This document shows, piece after piece, positions 1 to 8,761 of a stretch of DNA of 64,000 bases. The DNA is from Clostridia bacterium. GTDB taxonomy: Bacteria; Bacillota; Clostridia; DUPQ01. The stretch's first letter is position 1. Every line of letters starts with the position of its first letter. The DNA is taken from the NCBI GenBank assembly GCA_016935835.1, contig JAFGQE010000024.1, forward strand, positions 12,338 through 76,337, in the 5' to 3' direction. The notes under the pieces were generated by a model. It was not told the origin of the DNA, ran no database searches, and worked only from the letters and a program-made list of their open reading frames with translations. The position numbers and the translations under genes were made by a program.

Positions 1-201
1 GCCAATGCATTCCGCGGCTGTATTTCAGGCATCCACGAAGTGCTGCGACGGCAGGGTCTCATGGCCAATATACTTTGTCTTTCTGAAAATGAACGGCTTT
101 CGCCGGGCCAGCTCGATGAAATAGACAGGGTATACCGTGATTATCCTGATTTGAACGATGATTCTTTCGTAAGGGAAAACCTCGAAAAATGGCTTAGGTA
201 A
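1..201 (+). CDS. 3' fragment of a gene that begins upstream of the window (C-terminal ~66 aa, ...GIHEVLRRQGLMANILCLSENERLSPGQLDEIDRVYRDYPDLNDDSFVRENLEKWLR*); function not recognised
   Basis: Frame 1 is open from the window edge to a TAA stop at 199-201. I recognise no motif in it. Confidence 0.4.
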   Translation, partial: ANAFRGCISGIHEVLRRQGLMANILCLSENERLSPGQLDEIDRVYRDYPDLNDDSFVRENLEKWLR

Positions 202-643
202 TATCCCTGTCCGAGCCGGACTTTTCTGCGAACACCAGATATATCAGGCCGATCATTATAAGAAGGCCTCCGATTGTCCTGCCGATGGAAACATCCCCTG
301 TACGAACCGCGTCAATAATGGCTCCTGTTCCTATCTGCCCGATGAAAAGGAGTATGGTAACAAATATTATCCCGATTCTGGGGGTTATGTGATTGTTCAG
401 TATGACCACGAAGTATCCTATTGCTCCTCCTGTAAGTGCAATCAGGTCTCCCGGTTCAAAAGCATATGAGCCGATTGAACCTCGCCCGAACGCAAGTGCG
501 ATGGGAATTGCAAGAACCAGGCCTGCCGCATAGTTTATGAATGCCCCTTTGTTCAAACCCCTTAGCGCACCGAGACGGGCGTTCATAAGAATTGCAGCTG
601 CCACTATCCCTCCCGATAATAATGCGAGGAATGAATAAAGCAT
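194..643 (-). CDS. DUF606/YdcZ-like small DMT-superfamily membrane protein (half-transporter)
   Basis: 149 aa and very hydrophobic with 4-5 predicted TM helices. It is paired with a paralogous neighbour, which is typical of DUF606 pairs. Confidence 0.6.
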   Translation of the reverse strand: MLYSFLALLSGGIVAAAILMNARLGALRGLNKGAFINYAAGLVLAIPIALAFGRGSIGSYAFEPGDLIALTGGAIGYFVVILNNHITPRIGIIFVTILLFIGQIGTGAIIDAVRTGDVSIGRTIGGLLIMIGLIYLVFAEKSGSDRDIT

Positions 644-646
644 AAT

Positions 647-1090
647 TCAGGACCAGATTATCATTATGGCTGCGCCTGCCGTCATAATGAGATATGCGGG
701 TGCTTTTCTCAATGTGATTTTCTTTTTTACCATCCCAAGCAACCCCAGATGCTCCGCTGCGGCCGAAGCGATTATCTGGCCGACAAGCGCAAGCCCAAGT
801 GTCATAGACACGCCGATATTATTGACGCACATATTGTTCAATAATATTGTGAAAACTCCGAGTATTCCCCCCATCATATATTTCACCGGGACTCCTCCCG
901 TTATGTCTTTCAGTGATTTTTTGAATATCAGCACTGCCGCCGCCGTTATAAGTCCGATCAAATGGATAATGACAAGCGCAACCCAATTGCCCAGCCTTGC
1001 CGCAAGCACTCCGTTGACGGTGACCATAAGTGCGATCATTATTCCGCCGGAAAGCGCCAGGCCCGAATTTTTGATGAAGGTTTTATTCAT
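647..1090 (-). CDS. DUF606/YdcZ-like small DMT-superfamily membrane protein (paralog of 194..643)
   Basis: Hydrophobic, about 148 aa, tandem with its paralog. The ORF track uses a GTG at 1108; the ATG at 1090 (MNKTF) is an alternative start. Confidence 0.55.
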   Translation of the reverse strand: MNKTFIKNSGLALSGGIMIALMVTVNGVLAARLGNWVALVIIHLIGLITAAAVLIFKKSLKDITGGVPVKYMMGGILGVFTILLNNMCVNNIGVSMTLGLALVGQIIASAAAEHLGLLGMVKKKITLRKAPAYLIMTAGAAIMIIWS

Positions 1091-1320
1091 TTGTATATTA
1101 TACACCACTCGCTCTCATTTTCGATGAATTTGAAAGCATTGCGGGTCCGGATTGATATTCAATATAAATTTTTATTGATAATGTTGTTTTTCAGACAGGC
1201 TCCTGTCCATATGCATTTGTTAAATTATCATTAAAGCCGCTTTTTCAGTTGATTATTCAAATATCCGTGTATATACTTCCCATATGAATTTCATTATGTG
1301 TATGAAAGGAAACCTGGCTC

Positions 1321-1737
1321 ATGGATAAAAAGACAATTGCCTTCGTATGCGTCCACAACTCCTGCCGGAGCCAGATAGCGGAAGGTTGGGCCGGTCATCT
1401 CGGTGGTGATGTCATCGTTCCATATTCAGCCGGAACGGAAAAATACCACGAGGTGAAGCCCTTTGCAGTTAAGGTTATGAAAGAGGCGGGGGTTGATATC
1501 TCCTCCCATCATCCAAAGCTCCTTGATGACATTCCTTTCAAGGTAGACATTCTTATAAGCATGGGATGCGGTGTTTCATGCCCCTTTGTTTTATGCGATT
1601 ATGAAGAAGACTGGGGTATCGAGGATCCTTCCGGCGGGTCGTTGGATGATTTTCGAAGAACCCGTGATATTCTCAGGACCAAAGTGGAAAAACTCATAGC
1701 CGACATCAAGGCCGGCAAATATGAGAAACATTCCTAA
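1321..1737 (+). CDS. arsC: arsenate reductase, low-molecular-weight phosphatase (LMW-PTP) / thioredoxin-coupled type
   Basis: CX5R P-loop 'CVHNSCRSQ' at the N-terminus and an LMW-PTP fold signature. About 138 aa. Confidence 0.75.
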   Translation: MDKKTIAFVCVHNSCRSQIAEGWAGHLGGDVIVPYSAGTEKYHEVKPFAVKVMKEAGVDISSHHPKLLDDIPFKVDILISMGCGVSCPFVLCDYEEDWGIEDPSGGSLDDFRRTRDILRTKVEKLIADIKAGKYEKHS

Positions 1738-2840
1738 ACAGGCATTGCCTCCGCTGTTTTAATTTTAAACGCAGCCTTGTATTCCTCCATTATGGTCGCA
1801 ATCAGCTCTTTTACAGATATTATCCCTTTGGCTCTGTATGCATTTGATCCGGCAAAGGCAAACCCTTTTGACATTCTCCCGTCCTTTGCATTTGTAAGGG
1901 CCAATGCTATGCAATATGGACTCTTCTCCAATGCACAGGTCTTTATACAGTGGAAAGGGCATTTGACCGGCTGCCGCAGTCCTTTTTGAATGTCTGATAT
2001 AAACATGTTTTTGATTGCTCTTCCCGGAAGCCCCACCGGACTGTCGATAATTACGATATCCTCTTTCTTGCAGTCTATATATGTGTTCTTGAATTCTATG
2101 CCGGCATCACACTCGTTGGTTGTAACAAACCTGGTCCCCATCTGAACTCCCGATGCCCCCATATCAAGGAATCTTTTAACGTCCCCTCCGTTGTAGATTC
2201 CACCCGCCGCGATGACAGGTATCTTTTTATTTTGCCTGTCTTCAAAAAACCTTAGCTTATCGATAACATCCCTGACTATGTTTTCGAGGGAGAATTCCTC
2301 TTTGTCGAGCTGCTCCCTTGAAAATCCCAGATGACCCCCGGCTTTTGGTCCCTCAACCACAAATGCATCCGGGGTGTAATTGTATTTTTCAATCCATCTT
2401 TTTGATATCAGGCTTGCAGCCCTTCCCGATGAAACTATCGGAACAAGCTTTGTCTTTTTGCTTCCCCCGAGTAATTCAGGAAGGGCAAGGGGAAGCCCGG
2501 CTCCGGAAAATATTATGTCAATGCCTTCTTCAATGGCCGTCTTCGCCATGTCGATGAAATCTGACAGCGCAGTCATGATGTTTACCCCCAGTATCCCGTT
2601 GCTCTTTTGCCTGGCGCTCCTGATTTCGTTCCTCAGCGCGACAATGTTCGCCTCTTTTATATTCATTCCGCCTTTGTCTTTCAAGGTCATTCCTATTCCC
2701 GCCGCCGCAATGACACCTATTCCTCCCTCGTTCGCAACTGATGAGGCAAGCGACGACAGGGATATCCCCACACCCATGCCTCCTTGGATTATCGGTATCC
2801 GCGCCGTGAGGTTTCCTATTCTGAGTTTCTTTATATTCAT
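1734..2840 (-). CDS. nitronate monooxygenase / FabK-like flavin mononucleotide (FMN) oxidoreductase (NPD family)
   Basis: 'IPIIQGGMGVGIS...GGIGVIAAAG' TIM-barrel flavoprotein motif. An RBS AGGGAGA precedes the ATG at 2840. Confidence 0.7.
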   Translation of the reverse strand: MNIKKLRIGNLTARIPIIQGGMGVGISLSSLASSVANEGGIGVIAAAGIGMTLKDKGGMNIKEANIVALRNEIRSARQKSNGILGVNIMTALSDFIDMAKTAIEEGIDIIFSGAGLPLALPELLGGSKKTKLVPIVSSGRAASLISKRWIEKYNYTPDAFVVEGPKAGGHLGFSREQLDKEEFSLENIVRDVIDKLRFFEDRQNKKIPVIAAGGIYNGGDVKRFLDMGASGVQMGTRFVTTNECDAGIEFKNTYIDCKKEDIVIIDSPVGLPGRAIKNMFISDIQKGLRQPVKCPFHCIKTCALEKSPYCIALALTNAKDGRMSKGFAFAGSNAYRAKGIISVKELIATIMEEYKAAFKIKTAEAMPV

Positions 2841-3017
2841 GATTTCTCCCTTGCCGAAATGCATTTGCCAGGATTTGGTTTAGTCGATATTATCACCGCA
2901 GCCGGATCAAGGCAATCATCATTGCGGGTGATGAAAGGGGTGATTGGCATTCACCGCAGGCCGTGCTTTTTTCCCCTAGTTAATATAAAATGTATTCAGG
3001 CGGACAGGAAGGTTTAA

Positions 3018-3770
3018 ATGAAATTTATTGAATTGATTATAATTCTTTTTACAGGGCTTGCAGCGGGCTTTATCAATGTAAATGCCGGAGGCGGTTCTTT
3101 TCTTACCATACCCGTACTGATATTCACCGGGCTCCCTCCGGCAATGGCAAACGGCACCAACCGTGTTGCTCTTGCCGCCGCCAACATAATCGCCGTCCTG
3201 AATTTCAGAAAGAGCGGCTACTTTGACTGGAAACTGGCACTGCTGCTCGCGCTTCCCGCCGCGGCAGGTGCAATCGCAGGGTCGTTTATATCAATAAACC
3301 TGCCTGATGAACTTTATAATACCATTCTGGCTGTCGTCATAATCATCGTCCTGCTGGTAATCGTGATAAACCCCCGGCGTTTCATCAAAACCCCGGTCAG
3401 GGGTATAAATGCAAAAACCATTGTAATCGGGTCTTTTGTTTTCTTTATTCTTGGAGTTTATGGAGGAGTTGTACAGGCGGGCGCCGGTTTTCTTATCATA
3501 ACCTCACTCGTTTTTCTTACGGGTTATTCACTGGTAAGAATAAATGGCATAAAAGTTCTGATTGTCCTTGTCTACATGACATTTTCCCTTGTCATATTCA
3601 TTATATCGGGAAATGTAAACTGGCTTTATGCGCTTGTGCTGTCAATAGGCAATGGGACGGGGGCTTATCTCGGCAGCCTTTTTGCGGTAAGGCACGGGGA
3701 CAAATGGATAAAGGCCATTCTGGTTATAGCCTCCCTGATCATGGCGCTGAAATTGATTGATGTTATATAG
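3018..3770 (+). CDS. TauE/SafE (DUF81) family sulfite/anion exporter
   Basis: 250 aa, about 8 TM helices, with the Gly-rich 'GGGSFLTIPVLIF' motif repeated in both halves. RBS GGAAGG. Confidence 0.7.
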   Translation: MKFIELIIILFTGLAAGFINVNAGGGSFLTIPVLIFTGLPPAMANGTNRVALAAANIIAVLNFRKSGYFDWKLALLLALPAAAGAIAGSFISINLPDELYNTILAVVIIIVLLVIVINPRRFIKTPVRGINAKTIVIGSFVFFILGVYGGVVQAGAGFLIITSLVFLTGYSLVRINGIKVLIVLVYMTFSLVIFIISGNVNWLYALVLSIGNGTGAYLGSLFAVRHGDKWIKAILVIASLIMALKLIDVI

Positions 3771-3836
3771 ATGTTTGATTTTCAATTGGTTTATAATATA
3801 AAATACAAATAAAATATAACTACCGGAGGTTTTACC

Positions 3837-4571
3837 ATGGAAGTCATCGCATCCCGTGATTTCAACCAGCTTTACATTTACCTTGACATACTTTTTCTCG
3901 CAGGCCTTGCCTCCTTGCTGTTTTATTCAAAAAGGTATATGACTCTAATCTTCGGTCTTTTCGGAGGAGTTGTTTATTTTCTTGTCGATTATGGCATTTT
4001 TTATTTGCTTTTAGGCACAAGGGCGGTACATGGCGCCGACCCCCTTGTTTTTTTACTTTGGCTGAGCATGAGTTATGGTTTTACAAATTTCACCTGGATA
4101 TGGCTTTTTCTAAACCGAGATAAAAGATTCCTGGAATGGTCGGTCCTTATTGTAGCCGGCTGGCTCGCGGTTGCTCTTCTTAGCCAGAATCTCGGTGCCT
4201 CCTTCGGTGAAATATCAATCAGCCGTGGGACATCATCCTACCATGGCGCGATGGCCCTTGTTTTGTTTGCAGGCTATGCCTTTCTTATAGTCCTTAATTT
4301 AAGGAGTGAAAAGGAAGGGAAGCCCCGTATTGACATTGCCCGTCTATTATTCATGGGTATACTCGTGCAGTTTTCGTGGGAAGCCGTCCTTCTTATAACG
4401 GGAATCCGTGCCCCGGGAATTTATCCCCTTGTAATAAATTCTCTTCTTGAGACAAATCTGGGCATGCCTATCATTTATTTCATTCATAAAGCCGCAACCG
4501 GAATTTATTCCGAGGAACTTGGCCATGCCCGTGTCGCAGATGAACGGCCAAAACTAAGAATGATAGATTAG
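3837..4571 (+). CDS. hypothetical integral membrane protein
   Basis: 244 aa with 6-7 hydrophobic helices and an RBS GGAGG. It is immediately downstream of the TauE gene. I recognise no family. Confidence 0.5.
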   Translation: MEVIASRDFNQLYIYLDILFLAGLASLLFYSKRYMTLIFGLFGGVVYFLVDYGIFYLLLGTRAVHGADPLVFLLWLSMSYGFTNFTWIWLFLNRDKRFLEWSVLIVAGWLAVALLSQNLGASFGEISISRGTSSYHGAMALVLFAGYAFLIVLNLRSEKEGKPRIDIARLLFMGILVQFSWEAVLLITGIRAPGIYPLVINSLLETNLGMPIIYFIHKAATGIYSEELGHARVADERPKLRMID

Positions 4572-6550
4572 TCCACTGCGATTATTTCATGTATATCAAC
4601 GGTTGGAATGAAAACACCAAGGGTTTTCTCTTCTTCGTCCCATGTTGTTTCGGGAATATACCCCTTGGGTTCCACCACAATTCTTCCAGGCTTCTTTTCA
4701 AGTCTTACTTTTAACCGAAACGGTCCCGTAGAGGCAATTTCATCATATGTGAATACATCCGGGTCTTCATGCGGCCCCGAGGTGTTCACGAGATTTATCC
4801 TCATGCCGCCTTCCTTTTTCATGACGGTCAGGTCAATCGAACTGTTTCCAATCACTAAAACGACAGGATCATACAAAGTCAACGCAATTTCCCTGACAAG
4901 GTTTCTGTGGACATGGCTTTTCCTGGTCATGTAAATATCCCCGATATTGACAGGCATCAGGCATATCAGTCCCCTCCCGTATGGTACGGTCTTCGAAGCC
5001 GGGGAGAAGAACCCTGCGTCAATGTTCCCGGATACCGCAAGCTTACCCCTGGAACTTCCGTCGAAAGGAAGCATTACCGTCCGGCCGTGGTTATATGCCC
5101 ATGTCAATCCATCCGCCGACAGAAGATACTCGTCCTCGGAAACCTCTCCTTCATAACCAAGCCTTTCCTTGAAACTTGCGAATGGTTCCGTTCCAATCAG
5201 CCAGAGCGAGCCTCCGTTTTTCGCATACCCAAGCAGGTCATCCACAAGATCGCCATGAATATTCCGGGTCTCCGGGACGATGATCAAGGGGAACTCACCC
5301 ATCCGCTTTTTCAAATGATGCTCGGAAACGATCTCAAAAGACTGCCCTGCGTCGCACAGGCATCTCACTATGCCCTGCAATGCGGTATCCTCACCGTCGC
5401 ACTGGAACAAATATTTGCTGGTCGTATATCTGCTGTATGTTGAATTCAAAACCGCAATCTGCGGAATGAATGCGGCCTTGTGACAAAATGGCTCCCTTTC
5501 CCTGCAGAATTCCGATACCTCCTTCATCAGCCGAACCTGCCACATATGTATTCCGCCGTCCTTCCTCTGGGGGTAATAGCTCTGGAAACCGCCGCCCATC
5601 GCCATCACAACCGCTGCTTCTTGTTTCAGCTGCTCCGGATGCTTTGGACAACGCTCATATTTATCCCCGTGCAAGTAACGGAATCCCCATGCCATAAGGT
5701 CCCATGGCTTTCCCTGCGCGGCAAGGCATCTTCCTTCATATCTCGCCGAGTTCACGGAATCCGCCCAAAGATAATCACCGGAAAGAAAATCAACGCCTGC
5801 AGCCGGCTCCTCGGGCATTTTGCTTGAGTACGCCCAGTTGCTCGCTATCTGGAACCTTGGATACACGGCATGGACCTTATCTACATATCTTTTCATATAT
5901 TTGCGGTACTGCTCCCTGCAGTAATCCGAATACTCCTGCCAGTTTGCATCACCCGGTTTCCTTGGAATTGCTTCGTCAAGGATTATTCCTGTCTTCTTCG
6001 CAAATCCTTCAACCGCCTTTTCACAATAATCAATCTGCGTGCCCCAGCATTCCCCGTCAATCCATACGCCGTCGACCTCATACACACCCGCAAGCTCCAT
6101 GAGCTGCGGAATGAGTATCTCATCGACATAGGGACCGAATGTAGAGGTTATGCCCTTTGGTATCCATTCGGGAACCGCTTCTCCTTCGATTCCCTTTCTT
6201 TCCCATTCGGGGTGTTCCTCGCATTGATAAACATCAATAACCCCGGAGTAGTGCATGAAAAGGGCCACTCCGCGTTCGGCGGTTGCCTTTCTCCAGACTG
6301 CCAGGGGATCTCCCTTTATCCTTGGATATGGGTTCCCGGCTTTCGAAGGGTATGAAGACCATCCGGGATGCCCCTTGCAGTCAATCTGAATATAATCCGG
6401 CTTGACCAAATCGATGATGCCGTGGATCATATCTTCGGAGGCACCTTCTATCAGGATTATCCCGCCTTGATCCGCCGGTTTTGCATGGAAATCAAAATGA
6501 AGTCCAAAAAAACAATCTTCTCTTCTTTTTCTTGCAGGCATGCTTTTCAT
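4568..6550 (-). CDS. putative glycoside hydrolase, alpha-L-fucosidase-like TIM barrel (GH29-related, possibly GH151) with a C-terminal beta-sandwich
   Basis: 660 aa. The N-terminal 'FGLHFDFHA' and 'GVWIDGECWG' resemble the GH29 'GLFIHWG' / 'WFDGGW' motifs. RBS GGAGGAAG. The family assignment is tentative. Confidence 0.35.
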   Translation of the reverse strand: MKSMPARKRREDCFFGLHFDFHAKPADQGGIILIEGASEDMIHGIIDLVKPDYIQIDCKGHPGWSSYPSKAGNPYPRIKGDPLAVWRKATAERGVALFMHYSGVIDVYQCEEHPEWERKGIEGEAVPEWIPKGITSTFGPYVDEILIPQLMELAGVYEVDGVWIDGECWGTQIDYCEKAVEGFAKKTGIILDEAIPRKPGDANWQEYSDYCREQYRKYMKRYVDKVHAVYPRFQIASNWAYSSKMPEEPAAGVDFLSGDYLWADSVNSARYEGRCLAAQGKPWDLMAWGFRYLHGDKYERCPKHPEQLKQEAAVVMAMGGGFQSYYPQRKDGGIHMWQVRLMKEVSEFCREREPFCHKAAFIPQIAVLNSTYSRYTTSKYLFQCDGEDTALQGIVRCLCDAGQSFEIVSEHHLKKRMGEFPLIIVPETRNIHGDLVDDLLGYAKNGGSLWLIGTEPFASFKERLGYEGEVSEDEYLLSADGLTWAYNHGRTVMLPFDGSSRGKLAVSGNIDAGFFSPASKTVPYGRGLICLMPVNIGDIYMTRKSHVHRNLVREIALTLYDPVVLVIGNSSIDLTVMKKEGGMRINLVNTSGPHEDPDVFTYDEIASTGPFRLKVRLEKKPGRIVVEPKGYIPETTWDEEEKTLGVFIPTVDIHEIIAVD

Positions 6551-6838
6551 TGGCTTCCTCCGTAGATTAGTTCCCTGATAAACAGGATTTTTAAATGAAT
6601 TGACAGCTCCCTGTTCAATGGGGTTTTCTTTGCGTCCCCTTTGTCATCATACTATTACCGGGCAATGGCTCGGAAAATCGATGCTGTTCTCACTACCTGA
6701 TTATACTATATCCGGGATTGTACAACGCCTTGAAAAAATAAAAAGCTTTAAATGAACATGCTTTTCTCCCCCGCTGATTGATCATAACCCCGCGCTCTCC
6801 AACAGTCTCTCTGCTACAGCTTTTATTCAAGTAAAAAA

Positions 6839-6876
6839 ACCCCGGATATCCAGTATTTACTTTGATTCACCGGGGT
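6839..6876 (-). terminator. weak candidate rho-independent terminator downstream of the OsmC gene
   Basis: ACCCCGG...CCGGGGT inverted repeat followed on the minus strand by T7. The loop is long, so the call is weak. Confidence 0.3.
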
Positions 6877-6900
6877 CTTGCCGATTATTGTTACCTTGTC

Positions 6901-7326
6901 CTAGCCTATCTCTACATTGAACGGGGTTCTATTGGTTATATTGTCGGTTACGGGGCACCTGTCCTCGACAGCCAGAGCCCATTTCTCCAGTGTTTCCTTG
7001 TCTGCCGACGAATCAGGTAAAAGCTTAATGTTGATATTCTTGAAGCCGGCGCGCTCATCGGATGATTTCCCTGCGAATCTCGCCGGATTCATCTCGCCTT
7101 CAATCTTCATGTTCAATCCGTTAAGATCAAAGCCCATTTCCCGCGCAACCAGATTGCCGACCACCGTATAGCATCCGGCCAGCGCAGCCAGCACAAGTTC
7201 AAGGGGATTGGCCCCTTCATCGGTTCCACCTAGATTTTTGGGTTCATCGATGATTATCTCGAACTTTCCCGCTTTTACTACGGTTTTCATTCCACCCGTG
7301 CTGACGGCATCTATTTTAAATTTCAT
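6901..7326 (-). CDS. OsmC/Ohr family peroxiredoxin-like protein
   Basis: About 141 aa with the OsmC fold motif '...LVLAALAGCYTVV...'. An RBS AAAGGAG precedes the ATG at 7326. Confidence 0.7.
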   Translation of the reverse strand: MKFKIDAVSTGGMKTVVKAGKFEIIIDEPKNLGGTDEGANPLELVLAALAGCYTVVGNLVAREMGFDLNGLNMKIEGEMNPARFAGKSSDERAGFKNINIKLLPDSSADKETLEKWALAVEDRCPVTDNITNRTPFNVEIG

Positions 7327-7413
7327 TGCAAAACTCCTTTCATGCATACGCATAAAGAGTAATTACCCCAAAATCAACTCTTTTTAACCGAAATACGATG
7401 ATCTCAACGGGCT

Positions 7414-8610
7414 CTAAAATCTATCCCATATGAAGCATGGTTTTTTTACGAACAGCTTTCCAAGGACCTCTTCATTGCTTTTTACTGAAATATCCGACCT
7501 GACCATCATGGAGCCCAGCGGGAGATATCCGGTGACAAGCTGTGAAAGCGAAGCGGCTTCACACACGATGTCCGCCTCTTCCCCTGTCTTGGAGACCCCG
7601 CAGTCTCCGCCATTCCATTCCACGGCCCAATTTTCTGTATTCCACGGCGCATATTCATCAATGACGCCTATTACGGCCCGCCCCGGCTCAGATGGTTTCC
7701 TTATTGTCTCCAGGGCTTTTTCAATGTTGATTATCCTGCTCATCCCTGTCCGCCGCCTTGATATCTCGAGCGACCAGTTTTCCTTTACCAACAGCTCGAT
7801 AGGAAAATCCCCGGGCACATCCATCTCCAGTTTCCTCAGGTCCCCGGAATATCCTTGCACTATTGCCAGCAAACCCAATATGCCCTCTGCTCCGCTCCAT
7901 GCCGCCTCAATGACAACCAGATCATGGGTATAAGCGGCAACCTGATTCGCCTGCATCCTTAGATATGCAATCGGTTTTTTATCTTCATTATATCTTACGA
8001 ATATTCTCTCCTTTGTCTTGTATGGATCATTTGAGAACAGCTGTTTCCATCGCCACTCATCCCTTGCGATGCAGCAGTTGTAATTTCGGGCGAAATCCGC
8101 ATACACCGACTTGATGTCATCCATGCATTCGCCCGGGAAATACTGTTTTGTGTATCCTGGGATCCTGACTTCCTTCAGCTGCTTGATATCGACCTTTGCC
8201 AGGTTGCTGAAACTTCCCTGTTCATAGCCGTATTTCCTGTAATACTCATGTGAAAATGGATAAAGGTATGACATTACGTCACCTTTTTCATACATCTCCT
8301 TATATGCATTCTTCAGAAGCGTTTTTACCGCCCCGCCGCGCCTGTGTTCAAGCAAAGCCGCCACCCCGGCAATGCCGGACGAGCCCACTGCTTTTCCGTC
8401 AAGATATGCTTTGAACGGGATTATTTCCATAACTGCCGCCAACTTTCCCTCATCGGTGAACGCCCCCCTCGAGGACTCCCATCGCAGTTCGTCCAACCAG
8501 GCGGATGACGCTTCCTCTTTTTCATCATACTTCATGAAATACACTATGGACTGAAGCTTCTTCAGCTCATTCAATTCTTCCCTGGCCAGCCTTCTGTATT
8601 GCATAATCAA
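7414..8610 (-). CDS. acetyltransferase (GNAT family) with a C-terminal sterol-carrier-like domain (Eis-like)
   Basis: 398 aa. The N-terminal GNAT (acetyl-CoA site 'RRGGAVKTLL') plus a long C-terminal domain is typical of Eis-family enzymes. Confidence 0.6.
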   Translation of the reverse strand: MIMQYRRLAREELNELKKLQSIVYFMKYDEKEEASSAWLDELRWESSRGAFTDEGKLAAVMEIIPFKAYLDGKAVGSSGIAGVAALLEHRRGGAVKTLLKNAYKEMYEKGDVMSYLYPFSHEYYRKYGYEQGSFSNLAKVDIKQLKEVRIPGYTKQYFPGECMDDIKSVYADFARNYNCCIARDEWRWKQLFSNDPYKTKERIFVRYNEDKKPIAYLRMQANQVAAYTHDLVVIEAAWSGAEGILGLLAIVQGYSGDLRKLEMDVPGDFPIELLVKENWSLEISRRRTGMSRIINIEKALETIRKPSEPGRAVIGVIDEYAPWNTENWAVEWNGGDCGVSKTGEEADIVCEAASLSQLVTGYLPLGSMMVRSDISVKSNEEVLGKLFVKKPCFIWDRF

Positions 8611-8700
8611 ACACCCCGCTGTTTTTTACTTTTTCATGATATTGCACGTTTATTTTTCTGTCAAATCAAAGGCATGGCGCGCAAGGCCATGGGAATATCG

Positions 8701-8737
8701 AAAAACCGCCGGTTTCAACTCTGTTCCGGCGGTTTTT
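8701..8737 (-). terminator. rho-independent terminator, bidirectional, just downstream of the hydA-like gene
   Basis: AAAAACCGCCGG-tttcaactctgtt-CCGGCGGTTTTT. A 7-bp GC stem is flanked by an A-run and a T-run. Confidence 0.7.
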
Positions 8738-8761
8738 AATAAATTAAATCAGTCAGAATCG

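Noticed and set aside
666-1127. 153-aa + strand ORF overlapping the DUF606 gene
   Set aside because: It is a mirror-frame ORF of a hydrophobic membrane-protein gene, and the true gene on the minus strand has a paralogous neighbour.
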